This document shows positions 9,211 to 17,801 of a DNA stretch of 64,000 nt, piece after piece (positions within the stretch are counted from its first letter, which is position 1; every line of letters begins with the position of its first letter). Position numbers and translations under genes: made by a program. Origin of the DNA: Leptonemataceae bacterium (lineage in GTDB: Bacteria > Spirochaetota > Leptospiria > Leptospirales > Leptonemataceae). Under the pieces are notes generated by a model. That model was not told the origin of the DNA, did no database searches, and was given only the letters and a program-made list of their open reading frames with translations. The stretch is taken from assembly GCA_965227295.1 (NCBI GenBank), contig OZ245742.1, positions 2,368,001 to 2,432,000 on the forward strand. Reading direction: 5' to 3'.

Positions 9211-9607
9211 GTTGCAAACGTAGATTGCTCGTCGCATACTTGCTGAAATGTGCCCAACAGGCACGCCGAAATGGCCACTGTAACGGAGACGTTTCGGATG
9301 AGATCAGAGGATCTTTAACAGGCAAGCAGTGATAGTCTGAACGGACTGACTGCGGCGAGAAGAAACAGCAGAGGTTCGCCTCTGCCGAAGCGATATGTTG
9401 AATTCCGCACACGTGTGCGGAATTCGCCCTTCGAGAGTCGGGGCCGCTGAGTTCTTTGCGGCTAATATCTGATTCACAAGCGTTAGCGATGCGGAGGGTG
9501 GCGCGCAGCGCCAGTCTCGCGTCTTCGCGAGACCGCAGCGAAGCGGAGCCCGTAGCAGCGCGACGGCCCGCCGCCTCCGCGGCGCGGCGGGCCGGAACGC
9601 CCAGAGC
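9203..9607 (+). repeat. Cassette-leader module, copy 1 (~400 bp direct repeat of 13108-13513)
   Basis: Near-identical to 13108-13513; the last 140 bp (9468-9607) are identical to 13374-13513. Contains a perfect palindrome at 9400-9425. Confidence 0.92.
9479..9602 (+). repeat. GC-rich multi-hairpin structured repeat (REP-like, possibly Flavo-1-like), copy 1
   Basis: Hairpins ggcgc/gcgcc, gtctcgcg/cgcgagac and cggcccgccgc/gcggcgggccg; ends GAACGCCC. Related copies at 13385 and 52089. Confidence 0.75.
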
Positions 9608-9611
9608 AGCA

Positions 9612-12410
9612 GAAACAATCGCAGAAGCGAACGCCAGATTACAGTTGCAGATGGACCAGAAGATGGGCCAGACGCACTGGGTGAAGATGGGCGATGTGTA
9701 TACGAAGCAGATCAAAACGGCACATGCGGTGCTCACGGGACAGCCGAGCATTCCTGTATTTGCGCCGTCGTTCCACGACTACTTTTACTTAAAGCCGGAC
9801 CTGCGCAGCGAGGCGGTGGTGAAAGACTCGGAAGGTAAGGAGTGGAACCTAACAGACACCGAGTCTATATTAGCAGACGGCGGACCGAACAGCGCGGAAC
9901 TGGAAAGCATGGTGCGGCTGGTGCGTAACAAGCTGGAGAAAGAGTTCGAACAAACCTACGATCCGGATGAGGAAGTGGACTATGAAGGAACGAGTGGGCT
10001 GGTGTTTATTAACTGGCAACAGGCCCTTGCGGACGCGAGTGCGGCCGCGATTAACCCATCCACGTGTAACTTAGCAGAATCCATGGATGAATGTGCGCGG
10101 AACATTATGCAGTCCGGGTATACCGTGGGCCTCGTGGAAGGCGGGACGTTTGGACGGCACCACTTCGAGGAGTACTACCGCGCACTGACAATCCGCAATT
10201 TCTTCGACCAGATGGAAGCAGACGGTAGAGCTATGCGTGAGTCTACGGGTGGTCGCATGGGCCGGGACTTCGGGACGAATTTGACGGCCTTGCACCGTGG
10301 TGCGGTGCGAAACATTGACTGGGCGTTGAATACTCTGGAACGTAATTCGAAGTACGTCCAGATGTTACAGATTTCTCAAGGCCAGCCCCCGATGTTCCGG
10401 TCGCAAGTCGGAGCAGCAAGACGCGGGCTGAGTGAGTTTGACGACTTCAACCAGCGTGTGCGGGTGGGACTGAGCAAGGGCTGGCAGCGGAACGACGATG
10501 AGATCGACGCCGTGATTAAAGTGGGCGGGACCGTTGTTGCCGGGGCACTGTATGCACTTTCGGCTGTATTGCCATTCCTGGCACCCGCGTTAGTGCCCGT
10601 GGCCAGCGGAATTATGGCCGGGGTGGGTGCGTACTCCGGAGTGCGTGGTAGTTATGAAGGCGGCACGAAAGGCGCGCTGGCGGGAGCGGCGAGCGTGGTG
10701 CCGATGATAATCTCCAAAGGTGCCATCAACACGAACTTAAGCTACACGTTTCAGGGTGGCTGGAGCGCCGGTATAGGCGCGCAGGTTACCGAAGGTGTGG
10801 GTGTCGGTGCGAATTACTCGGAGCAGGGCGGCTGGGGCGGCAATGTTAGCATTGGCCTCGGCGATTCACCGCTCGCTCTTGATTTGAGCGTGGGCGAGTA
10901 CGGGCGTTACGGCGCGGGGCTGACGTACAGCTTTGTGAAGTCACCGGAAACTGCGAAGATTCAGAAACATCTGGGCCTGCGTTTTGGGTATGATCGTGGA
11001 CCGGAAGGCGTAACGTACAGCGCCGGTCTCGTGGGCAGCGTGGGTAACAAGGCCAACGGCTACGCCGGCGGCGGGAACATCGGTCTGACTCACAATCATT
11101 TGAACGGGACCGGCTTTTACCTCGGTGCGAGCGGCAGCGGCGGCGATTATTCGCAGGGCCTCGGCGGGCAGGCGAGCTACAACTGGAGTCGCTTCGGTGG
11201 CAGCTCTACGACCTTCGGCATTACGTATACCCGTCCGCCGGAGGAACACGGGAGTCCGCTGGACAGCCCGTATGAAAAAAATATGTTCGACACGTTCATG
11301 GCGGCGACACGCCGGAATGTAGATGAGTTCTGGGGTGATGTCGGCGGTGGGCTTAGCTGGTTCGGAGAGCAAGTTACGGGCGGTCTCGCAAGCGTGGCCG
11401 GGGCTCTGGGCTGGGAGAGTGGCGCGAACTGGTTGGCGGGTAGAGGATATGTCGACAACGCCACGGCAGAAGCGAATCAGCTTGCGGAGTTTCAGGCGTA
11501 TGCGCTGGAACGTGATACAGAGGAATTTATTCGGCTCGGTGTCCAGGACCGTGCCGTTCCAGTGGGGGAAACACCTGAAGGTAAATGGCTGTTCTATGAT
11601 CCGGTTACAGGAGATTTCTGGTCAGAGAACGGGGATGGTGGACTGAAGCTGGTAACCGAAGATGGTGAGGAAGTTCAGTACGTTCGGGGCAAGAAAAGTC
11701 GCAAGGGAAATAGGTTCCGGTCGGGCAAAAGCTCTGGGGTCAAGAACTCGAAGCGACAATATGCCAAGGCCAAAGAATTCTTTGCGAATCAGCTCAAGAA
11801 TGATTCAAATGCAAAAAGACATCAGGAAAAACAATATAACAATGCGAATATGACAGCGGAGGATAAATTGAATCTTTCTCGGTCACTGGCTGAAAAGCAC
11901 TTGCGAGAAAACTCATCGCAACCAGGAACTCGACCGACTTTACTGGGCGAAGTCATTGCGGAGGGATTAGTATGGTCAGAGGAAATCTTGGCTCAGAAAA
12001 CTATGGATGCTCTTGATAGCGAGTATGAAGATTTAGTTGAATTGCATAGAGAATCGTACACGTCAGGATCGGTAACGACGGATGCGCCAGGACTGGGGGA
12101 CTTAGTAAGGACTCAACTATCAAATAATCGCAGAAAGATCCTTGATCGCGAAGTAGCTAGAGTGGTTGAGAGTACGGAAGTCGCATGGAGCCTCGAAAAT
12201 GGACTCGATCCGGCTACAGCTATTGATCGAGCTATCGACAGTAGCGTGCGATCCTTTGAGTCGAGTATCAGACCGGCTCCTCTGCCGGGTGAGAATACCT
12301 ATTGGAAAGACATCTGGTATGATTCGTTAACTACGGTTGAAGTTAAAATGATCAAGAATCGCGCGTTAAAAGAGTTGATGATTCGAAACCGAAAGAGGAT
12401 GGACCGATGA
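9612..12410 (+). CDS. Orphan 5'-truncated cassette of the giant polymorphic protein with an alternative C-terminal domain
   Basis: Homologous to 3212 onward of the main gene (ETIAEANARLQLQMDQKMG...), almost identical protein for ~230 aa, mosaic afterwards and unrelated after ~11690. No clear RBS or start of its own. Confidence 0.85.
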   Translation, partial: ETIAEANARLQLQMDQKMGQTHWVKMGDVYTKQIKTAHAVLTGQPSIPVFAPSFHDYFYLKPDLRSEAVVKDSEGKEWNLTDTESILADGGPNSAELESMVRLVRNKLEKEFEQTYDPDEEVDYEGTSGLVFINWQQALADASAAAINPSTCNLAESMDECARNIMQSGYTVGLVEGGTFGRHHFEEYYRALTIRNFFDQMEADGRAMRESTGGRMGRDFGTNLTALHRGAVRNIDWALNTLERNSKYVQMLQISQGQPPMFRSQVGAARRGLSEFDDFNQRVRVGLSKGWQRNDDEIDAVIKVGGTVVAGALYALSAVLPFLAPALVPVASGIMAGVGAYSGVRGSYEGGTKGALAGAASVVPMIISKGAINTNLSYTFQGGWSAGIGAQVTEGVGVGANYSEQGGWGGNVSIGLGDSPLALDLSVGEYGRYGAGLTYSFVKSPETAKIQKHLGLRFGYDRGPEGVTYSAGLVGSVGNKANGYAGGGNIGLTHNHLNGTGFYLGASGSGGDYSQGLGGQASYNWSRFGGSSTTFGITYTRPPEEHGSPLDSPYEKNMFDTFMAATRRNVDEFWGDVGGGLSWFGEQVTGGLASVAGALGWESGANWLAGRGYVDNATAEANQLAEFQAYALERDTEEFIRLGVQDRAVPVGETPEGKWLFYDPVTGDFWSENGDGGLKLVTEDGEEVQYVRGKKSRKGNRFRSGKSSGVKNSKRQYAKAKEFFANQLKNDSNAKRHQEKQYNNANMTAEDKLNLSRSLAEKHLRENSSQPGTRPTLLGEVIAEGLVWSEEILAQKTMDALDSEYEDLVELHRESYTSGSVTTDAPGLGDLVRTQLSNNRRKILDREVARVVESTEVAWSLENGLDPATAIDRAIDSSVRSFESSIRPAPLPGENTYWKDIWYDSLTTVEVKMIKNRALKELMIRNRKRMDR

Positions 12411-12940
12411 AGTCTATACCGTTAAGAACTACAATATTGATATTACTCTTGCTGATGCCGTGGACAGTCGACTGTCGGCCGCAAAGTGAAAACCACTCTA
12501 ATACAAGCTGTGAGATAAACATTGACTTCGAAAAGGGTACGAAGGAGTTCCCAATAGGTCAAAAGTTCACGCCTGAGTCAATACGAGCCTATGGATTTAC
12601 GAAGCTAGAAATGGGCGATGATTTTCTGGAAGGCTCAGGATTGCGAAATTTCTATCACAACGGCACCAAGACAATTCTGATTGCTTATTCCGATGAGGAT
12701 GTACTGGTTCATGTCTCTATCGAGGCAAAGGAAGACGTTTGCTTTCGGGGGCAACTGATTCGAGATCATAATCCGTACGCCTTTTACGAGGCCTTACAAC
12801 AGGCTGGAGCTTCCATTCCGATACAGGATGCAGATGAAATTCGAGACGGCTTTCGGGTTCCCGGGCCTCGGGTTGAAATTCGGGTGGTAACAGAAAACGA
12901 TTCGATACAGAGAATTTTAGTTAGTGAGTATGTCGAATAA
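12407..12940 (+). CDS. Exported protein or putative lipoprotein, candidate immunity protein for cassette 2
   Basis: ATGA overlap with cassette 2, signal peptide MKSIPLRTTILILLLLMPWTVDC, AT-rich, unrelated to the WD40 protein. Confidence 0.7.
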   Translation: MKSIPLRTTILILLLLMPWTVDCRPQSENHSNTSCEINIDFEKGTKEFPIGQKFTPESIRAYGFTKLEMGDDFLEGSGLRNFYHNGTKTILIAYSDEDVLVHVSIEAKEDVCFRGQLIRDHNPYAFYEALQQAGASIPIQDADEIRDGFRVPGPRVEIRVVTENDSIQRILVSEYVE

Positions 12941-12996
12941 GTCAGATTGGGCTGCTGAATGCGACTCTGACTTTGTGTAAATAGATTCTTGCACTC

Positions 12997-13107
12997 TGTA
13001 AGCTTGAAATACACATCAAAGCCTCCAGGCGGCCCCACGCCGGGTTATCCCTTGCGAGTCTTTGAATGAGCCGGATTTCTTCGACTGGAATTCGCGGCCG
13101 GCGCGGT
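12997..13107 (-). pseudogene. Internally deleted remnant of the integrase-core element
   Basis: Same end TGTAAGCTTGAAATAC fused to a segment encoding RPRIPVEEIRLIQRLARDNPAWG, homologous to RPCIPEHVKEFIGRLARDNPSWQ of the 13695-14612 protein. Confidence 0.8.
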
Positions 13108-13513
13108 CGATTGTAGTTGCAAACGTAGATTGCTCGTCGCATACTTGCTGAAATGTGCCCAACAGGCACGCCGAAATGTCTGACGTAATGGAGACGTTTC
13201 GGATGAGATCAGAGGATCTTTAACAGGCAAGCAGTGATAGTCTGAACGGACTGACTGCGGCGAGAAAAGGCAGCAGAGCTTCGCCTCTGCCGAAGCGATA
13301 TGCTGAATTCCGCACACGTGTGCGGAATTCGCGTCTCGGTTCCCGGAGGATGTTCAGCTCTTTGCGGCTAATGTCTGATTCACAAGCGTTAGCGATGCGG
13401 AGGGTGGCGCGCAGCGCCAGTCTCGCGTCTTCGCGAGACCGCAGCGAAGCGGAGCCCGTAGCAGCGCGACGGCCCGCCGCCTCCGCGGCGCGGCGGGCCG
13501 GAACGCCCAGAGC
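13108..13513 (+). repeat. Cassette-leader module, copy 2
   Basis: Direct repeat of 9203-9607, with the palindrome at 13305-13330. Confidence 0.92.
13385..13508 (+). repeat. GC-rich multi-hairpin structured repeat, copy 2
   Basis: Identical to 9479-9602. Confidence 0.75.
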
Positions 13514-13514
13514 C

Positions 13515-13666
13515 GCAGAAGCGAACGCACGCCTGCAACTCCAGATGGACCAGAAGATGGGCCAGACGAACTGGGTGAAGATGGGCGACTTGTACACGAA
13601 GCAGATCAAAACGGCACAGGCAGTGCTTACGGGACAGCCGAGCATTCCCGTGTTTGCGCCTTCGTT
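13515..13666 (+). pseudogene. Third cassette of the polymorphic gene, truncated after ~50 codons by the integrase element
   Basis: Encodes AEANARLQLQMDQKMGQTNWVKMGDLYTKQIKTAQAVLTGQPSIPVFAPSF and is then joined directly to TGTAAGCTTGAAATAC. Confidence 0.88.
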
Positions 13667-14680
13667 TGTAAGCTTGAAATACTCATCCACGCCTTCAAGC
13701 GGCCTCCCAATGATACGTAGAATGCAGCCCGCCGAGCACAGGTTTTCGCAAGAGCCGCACGTTATTACCGGGTGGCGGTCCTGTCTCACGGCCCTCCGGT
13801 GAATCGAGGTCCACAGACGCGTGCGTGCGGTGCTGATTGTAATACGCCATGTATTCCAGCAGGCGTTGGCGCACCACGGTCTCGCTCAACGGCAGCATGA
13901 ACTGCAGCAGTTCTTCCCGCACGGTCCGGACGAACCGTTCGGCAATCCCATTCTGCCAGGGGCTTGCGATCTGCGTGCACAGAGAAACAAGGTCGAGCGT
14001 GCCTTCGATAAACTCCCGAACAGGCTGAAACAGAACGTCGTTATCCGAGATCAAGAACCGCAATATATGCGGTTGGCCGACGAATGCCTGAATCAATTGC
14101 TCGCGAATCCAGTCGGCAGTGGGACGTTCGGTAACATTCAAACAGAGCAACTTACGACGTTCGTGCTGGATGACGAAGAAACCAAACAAAGGGTTTTTCC
14201 CGATCCGCGGAATTGCAAAGAAATCCATGGCCGAAATACTCGGACAGTGCAATTTAAGAAATGTCGCCCAACTGAGAACGCGCCGCGGGTCCGGGTTGCG
14301 CTTCGGCCTGTATTTGCGAACGGTGTCTATATGAAGCCGTTCACCCAGGACGCGGAAGACTTCGCCCTGGATTCTGCGTGGCTGCCACGATGGATTGTCG
14401 CGGGCAAGGCGGCCGATGAATTCTTTAACATGTTCAGGAATGCACGGGCGACCGCCGCGCTTACGGAAACTGGTGACGAACGTCCAGAAGTCTTTGTATC
14501 TTCGCCTGTGCCAGTCGAGGACGGTGGCGGGGGTTACGAACAATGTCACGCTCCGCCAGGCGTCGGGAAACAGGCGCACGGTGCACATACAGAAAACGCT
14601 GATGATAAACAAGCGTAAGGATTACGCAGACGAGGAAGATTGTCACGAACCAGAGTCTGTCGCTAACGAGAAGATGCAAT
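13667..14680 (-). mobile_element. Integrase-core (rve/DDE) IS-like element; far end not resolved
   Basis: Sharp end TGTAAGCTTGAAATAC at 13667, also present at 9035 and 12997. No matching inverted end recognised. Confidence 0.7.
13695..14612 (-). CDS. Integrase core domain transposase; N-terminus probably degenerate
   Basis: TPATVLDWHR, LARDNPSW, AMDFF, LISDND, SPWQNGIAERFVRTVREE, YYNQHRTH, GGLHSTY. Upstream sequence appears frameshifted. Confidence 0.85.
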   Translation of the reverse strand: MFIISVFCMCTVRLFPDAWRSVTLFVTPATVLDWHRRRYKDFWTFVTSFRKRGGRPCIPEHVKEFIGRLARDNPSWQPRRIQGEVFRVLGERLHIDTVRKYRPKRNPDPRRVLSWATFLKLHCPSISAMDFFAIPRIGKNPLFGFFVIQHERRKLLCLNVTERPTADWIREQLIQAFVGQPHILRFLISDNDVLFQPVREFIEGTLDLVSLCTQIASPWQNGIAERFVRTVREELLQFMLPLSETVVRQRLLEYMAYYNQHRTHASVDLDSPEGRETGPPPGNNVRLLRKPVLGGLHSTYHWEAA

Positions 14681-14894
14681 ACATTCCCGGCAGGGGCGCT
14701 GAGAACAACCAGTCCGGCCCGGAGCGCGAAGCGCGGAGGGTGTACATCAGGCTGGCATCGTTGCTACGGCTGTCGCATGATCACGGACATGATTCGATGT
14801 CTGTCACTCGACAGATGATGCTCAGGAAAGGCGCTCAGGCTAATTCGTCCAGTACTGAGCGCGTTTTTTGGCTGAGGTTCGAAGCTGTCCGGAC

Positions 14895-15269
14895 TCAGCC
14901 GGGCATTCCTATAAAGACCCGCTCGCCGTCGATGCGAACGCCGTAGGTCGCGATGCGAAACTCCGGATCGCTGAGGCATTCCCCGCTTTCGAGGGCGAAG
15001 GTCTTTTTGTGCATGGGGCACGCGACTTTGGGGACACCGCCGGCGTCTCCCAGCAGGCCGCGGGCGAGCACGTTTTCTTTCTTATGCGGACACGTGTTAT
15101 CGCAGGCGAACCAACGCCCCTGCGCTCGAAAGTTATACACGGCGATCTGCCGCCCTTCGATCTTAACGGCGAGGCCGCCGTCCTCGGGGAAGTCGTCGAC
15201 CGTGCCCGCTTCCATCCACACCAGATTCTGTTGTTCCTGTTTCATTGCCACCGGCATATCGTGCTCCAT
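14895..15269 (-). CDS. nirD: Nitrite reductase (NADH) small subunit, Rieske-like
   Basis: DNTCPHKKENVLARGLLGD...VACPMHKKTFALESGECL; directly downstream of nirB. Confidence 0.93.
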   Translation of the reverse strand: MEHDMPVAMKQEQQNLVWMEAGTVDDFPEDGGLAVKIEGRQIAVYNFRAQGRWFACDNTCPHKKENVLARGLLGDAGGVPKVACPMHKKTFALESGECLSDPEFRIATYGVRIDGERVFIGMPG

Positions 15270-15299
15270 TTACTAGAATAATCTACCCGAATGTTAGTA

Positions 15300-17801
15300 T
15301 CACTCGGGCCACGCCACGGGGACCTTCTGCCCGCGCTGGCGTTCAAATTGAATGTTATCGTCGGTATCGTTGCTGTTCGCGAAATGGCGGAAACGCATGC
15401 GCAGCTCCGGATCCTGGACGACCTTCGTCCATTCGCAGTGATACGTCGCCACGTGGCGCTCCATATCCGCCTCCAGTTCCGCGCAGATGCCGAGTTTGTC
15501 TTCGATGATCACGTCGCGCAGATGATCGATGCCGCCTTCCAGGCGATTGAACCACCACGCCGTGCGTTCGAGTTTGTCGGCCGTGCGCACGTAGTACATC
15601 AAGAAGCGGTCGATGTAACGAATGAGCGTTTCGTCGTCCAGGTCGCCGGCCAATAGCAGGGCGTGCTGCGGTTTCGCACCCCCGTTGCCGCAGACGTAGA
15701 GATTCCAGCCCTTCTCCGTGGCGATGACGCCGAAGTCTTTGCTCTGGGCCTCCGCGCATTCGCGAATGCAACCCGAGACGGCCGACTTGATCTTATGCGG
15801 CGAACGCAGACCGCGATAGCGCTGTTCAATGAGAATGGCCATGGACGTGGAATCCTGCACGCCGTAGCGACACCAGGTGGAACCCACGCAGCTCTTCACG
15901 GTACGTAACGCCTTGCCGTAGGCGTGACCGCTTTCCAGGCCGACCTCGACGAGTTCTTCCCATATGTCCGGTAACTGGTCGACCCGCGCCCCGAACAAAT
16001 CAATGCGCTGGCCGCCGGTAATCTTCGTGTAGAGATCGTACTTCTTCGCCACCTCGCCGATGCGAATCAATTGGTCCGGTGTGATCTCACCCCCCGGCAC
16101 CCGCGGCACCACCGAGTAAGTACCACCTCGCTGAATGTTAGCGAGAAAACGATCGTTGGTATCCTGAACAACGGCATGTTCCGGCTTCGCGATGAGATCG
16201 TTCCACACCGACGCGAGAATGGAAGCGACGGCCGGCTTGCAGACCTCACAACCGCTGCCGCTGCCGGCCTCGGCCAGCACCGCGGCGTAAGTTTTCAGTT
16301 CTTTTACCTTAATGATGGCGAAGAGATCCTGGCGGCTGTAGTCGAAGTGTTCGCAGAGGCGCGGGTTCACTGCCACGCCCAGGTTCTTCATCTCCGCGTT
16401 CAGAATGTCCTTCACCTGCGGGACACAGCCGCCGCAACCGGAGCCGGCCGACGTGCAGGACTTGAGCTCGCCCATGTCGTGGGCGCCGCCCCGAATGGCC
16501 TCGACGATCATGCCCTTCGAGACGTTGTTGCACTTGCAGATCTGCGTATCGTTGGAGACCTCGACCTCGAAAGAACCGCCGCCGCTGAACAACAACGCGT
16601 CGATCTCCTTCGGCAGTACGATCTCGTTTTCGTAGATCTGCACCAGTTTCGGATAATCCCCGACGTCGCCGACCAGAATGCCGCCCAGGAGATGTTTGCC
16701 CTCGGAATCCAGGACTAACTTTTTGTACACAGAACCTTGCGGATTGATGAAACGCACCACCTCGGCACCTTCGCTTTCCGCGAAGGCGTCGCCGAAGCTC
16801 GCGACGTCGATGCCGATCAACTTCAACTGCGTCGCCAGATCGGCGCCCTCGAAGTAGCTGTCCTCGCCCATGAGATTGCGCGCGACGACGTCGGCCATGT
16901 CGTAACCGGGCGCCACGAGACCGTAGCAGCGACCGTCAAAAACGGCGGCATCCCCGATGGCGTAGACGTGCGGGTCCGTGGTCTGCAACTTCTCGTTCAC
17001 GACGATTCCGCCGCGCGGCCCCGTTTCCAGGCCGGAGTCCGCGGCCAGCTCGTCCCGCGGACGAATGCCCGCCGAGATGATGACCATGTCCACGTCGAGG
17101 GTCTCCCCGACGTCGAAGTCCCGGCGATCGATGCGCACACCGGAGACGGCCTCGTCGCCGACGACGGCCTTCGTGTTCACCGAGGTGTGCACCTTAACAC
17201 CCATCGATTCGATCTTATCGCGCAGGAAGCGCGCGCCCTGTTCGTCGAGCTGGCGCGGCATGAGGCGCGGCGCCATCTCGATGACGTGGGTCTCCAGGCC
17301 CATGTCCAGCGAGGCCTTCGCCGCTTCCAGGCCCAGGAGGCCGCCGCCGATGATCGCCGCCGACGAAGCACTCTGCGCGTAGTCGATGATCGCTTCCAGG
17401 TCGTCGATGGTGCGATAGACGAAAACGCCGGGTAGATCGCTGCCGGGAATCGGCGGCACGAACGGCGACGCCCCCGTGGCAATGATCAGTTCGTCGTAAT
17501 CGAAACGTTCGCCCTGGTCGTCGACGACGTACTTTTCGATGTGTTCGATTTCCTTAATGCGACTGCTGGTATGCAAACGCAGGCCGCGTTCGGCATACCA
17601 CTCCGCGCTGGTGAGCATGAGCGGATCGGCGCTGAGCTTCTCGAAGTACTCCGAGAGCTTGACGCGATTGTAGGCCGGGCGGGCTTCCTCGCCGAACACC
17701 GCAACATCATAACGTTCCACGGCACCCAGATCGACGAGCTTCTCGCAGAAACGATGCCCGACCATGCCGTTACCGATGACAATAATCTTCTTTTTATCCA
17801 T
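15300..17801 (-). CDS. nirB: Nitrite reductase (NADH) large subunit
   Basis: IGNGMVG and IGGGLLGLEAA nucleotide-binding motifs, BFD CKCNNV...CGGC, RTVKSCVGSTWCRYG and VSGCIRECAE siroheme/4Fe-4S motifs. Confidence 0.97.
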   Translation of the reverse strand: MDKKKIIVIGNGMVGHRFCEKLVDLGAVERYDVAVFGEEARPAYNRVKLSEYFEKLSADPLMLTSAEWYAERGLRLHTSSRIKEIEHIEKYVVDDQGERFDYDELIIATGASPFVPPIPGSDLPGVFVYRTIDDLEAIIDYAQSASSAAIIGGGLLGLEAAKASLDMGLETHVIEMAPRLMPRQLDEQGARFLRDKIESMGVKVHTSVNTKAVVGDEAVSGVRIDRRDFDVGETLDVDMVIISAGIRPRDELAADSGLETGPRGGIVVNEKLQTTDPHVYAIGDAAVFDGRCYGLVAPGYDMADVVARNLMGEDSYFEGADLATQLKLIGIDVASFGDAFAESEGAEVVRFINPQGSVYKKLVLDSEGKHLLGGILVGDVGDYPKLVQIYENEIVLPKEIDALLFSGGGSFEVEVSNDTQICKCNNVSKGMIVEAIRGGAHDMGELKSCTSAGSGCGGCVPQVKDILNAEMKNLGVAVNPRLCEHFDYSRQDLFAIIKVKELKTYAAVLAEAGSGSGCEVCKPAVASILASVWNDLIAKPEHAVVQDTNDRFLANIQRGGTYSVVPRVPGGEITPDQLIRIGEVAKKYDLYTKITGGQRIDLFGARVDQLPDIWEELVEVGLESGHAYGKALRTVKSCVGSTWCRYGVQDSTSMAILIEQRYRGLRSPHKIKSAVSGCIRECAEAQSKDFGVIATEKGWNLYVCGNGGAKPQHALLLAGDLDDETLIRYIDRFLMYYVRTADKLERTAWWFNRLEGGIDHLRDVIIEDKLGICAELEADMERHVATYHCEWTKVVQDPELRMRFRHFANSNDTDDNIQFERQRGQKVPVAWPE

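Noticed and set aside
9612..10310. Assembly duplication of 3212-3910
   Set aside because: Numerous synonymous differences and distinct downstream sequence indicate true paralogous copies.
9203..13513. Integron with attC sites (gctaat...gttagc near 9461-9487)
   Set aside because: No tyrosine integrase is present (the enzymes here are DDE type), and a convincing attC R''/L''/L'/R' layout is not evident.
275..13666. Diversity-generating retroelement or retron (RT next to repeated, variable gene segments)
   Set aside because: The RT has a maturase domain and intron DV/DVI. Differences between repeats are mostly synonymous and not adenine-specific, and no TR/VR pair or avd gene is visible.
14831..14869. 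Terminator for the nir operon (gcgctcag...ctgagcgc)
   Set aside because: Large loop, and the T-tract is on the strand opposite to nir transcription; role unclear.
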